IMG/VR virus record: IMGVR_UViG_3300042542_005523
DNA length: 64,000 bases
Source: a virus
Taxonomy: Duplodnaviria > Caudoviricetes
Reading direction: 5' to 3' (one strand)
Within the stretch, counting starts at the first letter, position 1, and every line of letters starts with the position of its first letter. The notes beneath the pieces are model-generated. The model had not been told where the DNA came from and ran no database searches. It saw nothing but the letters and a program-made list of their open reading frames with translations. Both the position numbers and the translations under genes were made by a program. This document shows positions 60,243-64,000 of the stretch, piece by piece.

Positions 60243-61539
60243 ATCAATAAAAAAAATTATCTTGGATTCACCCAAGCCTTTTTATGATATAACAGTAGAA
60301 AAGTACTCCAATTTTTCAATTGGTAAATCAAACATAATATCCCATAATTCTTCTTTGGCCGGAGCAATATCAAAACTAGCAAGGCCATTCGGTTGCTCCT
60401 TCCAGATATTAGAAGGTGATGGATTTTTTGGATCGCCTGTTAACCCTTCGCCATCCGCTCCTAGGTACACCTCTGTTAGAATTAACAATAAGATAAAAGA
60501 GCTAATAGAAAAGCACTCCGATCTTAACGAGGCAAACGAAGAGGGATCTCACGATTGGATTCACGTGGAAATGCCTATAGGTCTTATGACCCATATGGTT
60601 GGTATTGCAGTTGGCTATAGAACTAATATACTACCCAGAAAAATGGAGGATGTTATAGAGTACCTCTCGGGTCAGCCTAAATTATTGAAGCCGCATTTCC
60701 GAGATTTTTCAGGCAAAGTAACCAAGTATAATAATGAGGAGAACACATGGTTAATAGAGTCCGGTCTTGAGGTCAATGCCTCTAAGAAATCAATGAGAAT
60801 ATTCGATCTTCCGCCAGCTATCAGATACGATAGCTTTATGGTGAGGCTTGAATCAAAGCTTGATCTATTAGGATGTGAATACCGCATAGAAAATAAATCT
60901 CAGAGTAAGTGTGATCTTACAATTACATTCCGTGGAATTGACGACGATAAGTTCAAATACGTTTCCGATAATATTTCAAGGATTACAAAGATTATAATCA
61001 AGGAAGATATTGTTTTAGTCAAAGACGGGGGAGTAGCTGAATATGGATCAATAAAGGAATACCTGGATCAATTTAAGGTACATCTGGAAGAGGTAAGATT
61101 GAAAAGACTGAAAAAAGATGCATTGAATCTTTTGTCTGATCTTGAGTTTCTAGAAGCAAAATTAAAGTTTCTAAATTTCATGATACAGAAGAAAAGAAGT
61201 AATTCAGAGATCTCCCAGTTCTTGTCAGTGTACAATTCAAGGATAACATCAAGATTACAGAGAATAGAAGCAGTTAAACTAAGCGTAGAAAGCATAGAAG
61301 AGACTAAGAGCGAGATCGAGCGTATTAAGAAGGCAACAACAGAGAATAAGAAAGCTGTTAAAGAACAGGAGACAAAATACAAAGAGGCAAAGAAGCTTTT
61401 AAAAAAGCTATCGAAACCACTGGTTAGGACTAACTCACTATTCGAGCCCACCGAGATTGACGGGATAGAAATATTCCAGCCGGAAGAGGAATCAGAAGAA
61501 AAAGAGGGGGAAGATCAAGAATTAGACGAAAACATTTAA
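60232..61539 (+). CDS. Split intein C-half fused to the topoisomerase II gp52/GyrA-like C-terminal fragment
   Basis: MRIKSIKK...FYDITV...NF.I...IISHN (39 aa), then Ser+1 at 60349; extein has G.FGS....SAPRYT (catalytic Tyr) and GIAVGY.TNI.P. Confidence 0.9.
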   Translation: MRIKSIKKIILDSPKPFYDITVEKYSNFSIGKSNIISHNSSLAGAISKLARPFGCSFQILEGDGFFGSPVNPSPSAPRYTSVRINNKIKELIEKHSDLNEANEEGSHDWIHVEMPIGLMTHMVGIAVGYRTNILPRKMEDVIEYLSGQPKLLKPHFRDFSGKVTKYNNEENTWLIESGLEVNASKKSMRIFDLPPAIRYDSFMVRLESKLDLLGCEYRIENKSQSKCDLTITFRGIDDDKFKYVSDNISRITKIIIKEDIVLVKDGGVAEYGSIKEYLDQFKVHLEEVRLKRLKKDALNLLSDLEFLEAKLKFLNFMIQKKRSNSEISQFLSVYNSRITSRLQRIEAVKLSVESIEETKSEIERIKKATTENKKAVKEQETKYKEAKKLLKKLSKPLVRTNSLFEPTEIDGIEIFQPEEESEEKEGEDQELDENI

Positions 61540-61570
61540 ACTAAACATCTAAAACTATAAAAGGAAAAAA

Positions 61571-62353
61571 ATGATAAAACTAAGAATCACCAGTACCAAC
61601 AATCTGATTAATTTTCTCAAGCGATTGAAACCCGTAGATAGAAGCGTGCTTCTAGAACTAACGTCCGATAACATTTTCTGTAAGGTTCACACACCGGATA
61701 AGGCTGTTATGAAATTTGCTTCTCTAGCTTTCGGTGAAGTTTTCGAAGGTGAGATAACATGGAAAGACATTCTTAAGGGTAAGACTCAAGAAGAAAGAGT
61801 TAAAATTGGATTGATTGAGGTTGGTAAATTTATGGATTGCTTCAAGCATTTCAGACCAGAAGAGGATGTTTTCATGGAGATATCAACTGAGGTGTTAGAG
61901 GGAAACCTTGTAGCTACAGATGTGCTTCTGACCTCTAAATCTCTACACATTAGAGTTAAATGTGCTGATCTATCTCTTCTCTCCTATGTTGATGATAATA
62001 TTTTGGATATGGTTCACTCTAAGGAAGACACTATTGCCCAATTTAAGATTTACCAATCTGATTTTTCATCAATAGTTTCGTTATGTGGATTGGAAAGTAA
62101 TTCGGAAGAACTTCTTTATTTTGACGTGTCCAGCAAGGAGGTTAGAGCTAAAGGTGAGTCATTCAATTACAAAATCAGCATCTCTCCAGAAGAGATAAGA
62201 GTTGATAGCGACAATGCTACTTCGCAGATCTACAAAACCCAACTTTCCTACATGGAATCTGAAACTTGTGATTGTTATGTACATGAAAACAGATTGGTTT
62301 TATTCTCGCAGCAGAGTAACACGTCTATTGCAATTGGTATTGTAATTAAATAA
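61571..62353 (+). CDS. Probable DNA polymerase sliding clamp (gp45/PCNA-like)
   Basis: 260 aa with two repeated beta-alpha-beta halves, immediately upstream of the polymerase C-half; assigned from size, pattern and context only. Confidence 0.5.
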   Translation: MIKLRITSTNNLINFLKRLKPVDRSVLLELTSDNIFCKVHTPDKAVMKFASLAFGEVFEGEITWKDILKGKTQEERVKIGLIEVGKFMDCFKHFRPEEDVFMEISTEVLEGNLVATDVLLTSKSLHIRVKCADLSLLSYVDDNILDMVHSKEDTIAQFKIYQSDFSSIVSLCGLESNSEELLYFDVSSKEVRAKGESFNYKISISPEEIRVDSDNATSQIYKTQLSYMESETCDCYVHENRLVLFSQQSNTSIAIGIVIK

Positions 62354-62361
62354 AAAAACAA

Positions 62362-63510
62362 ATGACAGAGACGGAAATCGAAGAGATAAAGAATAAGATA
62401 ACGGAGCTTACGTCTTTAAAGAATGAGTTAAAGAATGAGGAGCAGGCTGTTAAGCTAACGATGAATTCCATCTACGGCGCGGTAGGAAATTCTTTCTTTG
62501 TTTGCTTTAATACCGATGTTGCAGAGGCAGTTACCCTACAGGGTCAGGATATGATCAAGTTCTCTGAAAAGATTGTAAATAGATATTTTCAGGAACATTG
62601 GCATCTAGATACTGAGCTGCACGAGCAATTGGGGCTATCCCAAGTTAAGAGAGTCCACAAGCCACTGGTTATCTACTCTGACACTGACTCTAATTATGTT
62701 GCTTTTGAGGAAGTTGTAAACTCATGTGACTGGAAAGGAGATCCTAAAGATCTTATCCTACAGATAAACGAGAAAAGATTTAAGGGATATCTAAAAAACT
62801 GCTTCGAGATTTATTCAAAGAAATGGGGTACTGAAAATAAACAGGATTTCGAGTTGGAGACACTTGCTATAAATGGTATATTCCTAGGTAAGAAAAAGTA
62901 TGTTACTAATCTTGTGTACGAGGACGGAGTCCACATGGAGCCTTTATCCAGATTAAAGATAACTGGTGTTGAAATGATCAAAGGCGGAACACCCCCATTC
63001 GTTAGAGAGAAGCTAAGCTATCTTACAAAATTCATCTTCTCCAAAGGTAAAAAGTTCAGTATCAAAGAATTTGTACAAGAGCTTAAATCCATTAAAAAAG
63101 ATTTTAAAGCTCAGGAGTCCCAGAATATCTCTGCAGCTATACAAATCAACAACTACGAGAAGTTTGTTTTGAATGACGTCTCAGCGCTAGAAGTTGGAAA
63201 GGGATGTCCCATCCATGTTAGAGCAAGTGCATATCACAATTATCTACTGAATAATTCAAAATTTAAGGACAAGTATGCTATGATTAGAAGTTCAGATAAA
63301 GTTAATTTCTTCTTTGTTAAAACCAAATCCGCAGCTGAAAATAATGTATTTGCATTTGTTCAAGGTAATTTCCCATACGAATTTGCACCGCAGATAGATT
63401 ACGATCAGCAATTCACCAAGACTATTTTGGACCCAATCAACAGGTTCATTGAAGCTATGGGCCACAACCCTATAAGTCCAAATCTATTCATGATAAATCC
63501 TCTTTTTTAA
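62362..63510 (+). CDS. Family B DNA polymerase, C-terminal subunit (motifs B, C, thumb; gp43B-like)
   Basis: Motif B KLTMNSIYG, motif C YSDTDS, KKKY and C-terminal hydrophobic clamp-binding-like tail (INPLF). Confidence 0.9.
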   Translation: MTETEIEEIKNKITELTSLKNELKNEEQAVKLTMNSIYGAVGNSFFVCFNTDVAEAVTLQGQDMIKFSEKIVNRYFQEHWHLDTELHEQLGLSQVKRVHKPLVIYSDTDSNYVAFEEVVNSCDWKGDPKDLILQINEKRFKGYLKNCFEIYSKKWGTENKQDFELETLAINGIFLGKKKYVTNLVYEDGVHMEPLSRLKITGVEMIKGGTPPFVREKLSYLTKFIFSKGKKFSIKEFVQELKSIKKDFKAQESQNISAAIQINNYEKFVLNDVSALEVGKGCPIHVRASAYHNYLLNNSKFKDKYAMIRSSDKVNFFFVKTKSAAENNVFAFVQGNFPYEFAPQIDYDQQFTKTILDPINRFIEAMGHNPISPNLFMINPLF

Positions 63511-63511
63511 T

Positions 63512-63703
63512 ATGGGATTCAGTAAAAGATACCTCCCTGATTTAGATAAATTGGTGGAGATGAGAAAGGAGATTAATGACGATCGGGAATTTCTAAAATT
63601 CGTAGTCGGTAAGAGTGACTGCTTAATGGGAAGCACAGAATCCCTTCAGATGATTAGATATATTGAGGAGGAAATAGAAAATGAAAGAAAAGATGGGATT
63701 TGA
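63512..63703 (+). CDS. Small hypothetical protein
   Basis: 63-aa ORF coupled to flanking genes. Confidence 0.5.
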   Translation: MGFSKRYLPDLDKLVEMRKEINDDREFLKFVVGKSDCLMGSTESLQMIRYIEEEIENERKDGI

Positions 63704-63980
63704 AGAGGAAATAGATTTCGAAATGTCTGCAGAGGATTTGCAGCTCTATAAAGATACTGTGATCAGTGAGTACTTCACCATATTTTCAAACAAAGAAATC
63801 TTTGTTAAAACAGACAAAGTAAACGATGGAAGAAAGGTACAGAAGCTTTATGAGATACTCGATCTTTTTATATTGGAAGGAATGCAGGACGAAACTATCG
63901 GCCAGATAGAATCCCTTATCGATGCTCTAACTATTAAGATACTAGTTGAAAAAGATATCATTCCCAGCGCTGATATATAA
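63681..63980 (+). CDS. Small acidic hypothetical protein
   Basis: 99-aa ORF. Confidence 0.5.
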   Translation: MKEKMGFEEEIDFEMSAEDLQLYKDTVISEYFTIFSNKEIFVKTDKVNDGRKVQKLYEILDLFILEGMQDETIGQIESLIDALTIKILVEKDIIPSADI

Positions 63981-64000
63981 AAGAAAAAATTCTGAATGCT

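Noticed and set aside
1-64000. Stop-codon reassignment (as in Lak and some crAss-like phages)
   Set aside because: Long intact ORFs occur in code 11, and TAG (phoH, uvsW, uvsE) and TGA (25336, 26331, 33035) end genes at their natural boundaries.
1-64000. tRNA, rRNA or CRISPR arrays
   Set aside because: Intergenic gaps are short; I saw no cloverleaf or repeat-spacer pattern. A tRNAscan/CRT run would be definitive.

Overview
The window is 64 kb of a large, AT-rich, T4-like (myovirus-type) jumbo phage genome. It is almost entirely + strand and uses the standard genetic code; a Bacteroidota host is inferred from protein families and A-rich, SD-less starts. Bases 1-25.3 kb hold a virion module (very large baseplate/tail proteins, three paralogous collagen-containing fibre genes, a tube-like protein, phoH). 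Bases 25.6-31.5 kb hold T4-like recombination/replication genes (RuvC-like resolvase, gp32 SSB, gp61 primase, UvsY, GIY-YIG endonuclease, UvsW). Bases 31.5-64 kb are a mixed block of accessory and replication genes. Four observations stand out. (1) About a dozen unrelated proteins, including a nucleotidyltransferase, adenylate kinase and a flavoprotein, share a short K-x-F-x-(E/D)-F-x-x-E motif resembling the T4 capsid-targeting sequence. Most lie behind a GATA(T/A)ATA late-promoter-like box, suggesting a packaged, injected enzyme cargo. (2) The topoisomerase II gp52/GyrA-like gene is fractured by a naturally split intein, with a free-standing HNH gene between the halves. (3) The family B DNA polymerase is split without an intein into two genes about 18 kb apart. 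(4) A Pol-beta NTase, an RNA-ligase/HIGH-nucleotidyltransferase fusion and a PD-(D/E)xK-like gene form an operon. All assignments come from motif recognition by eye; no searches were run.
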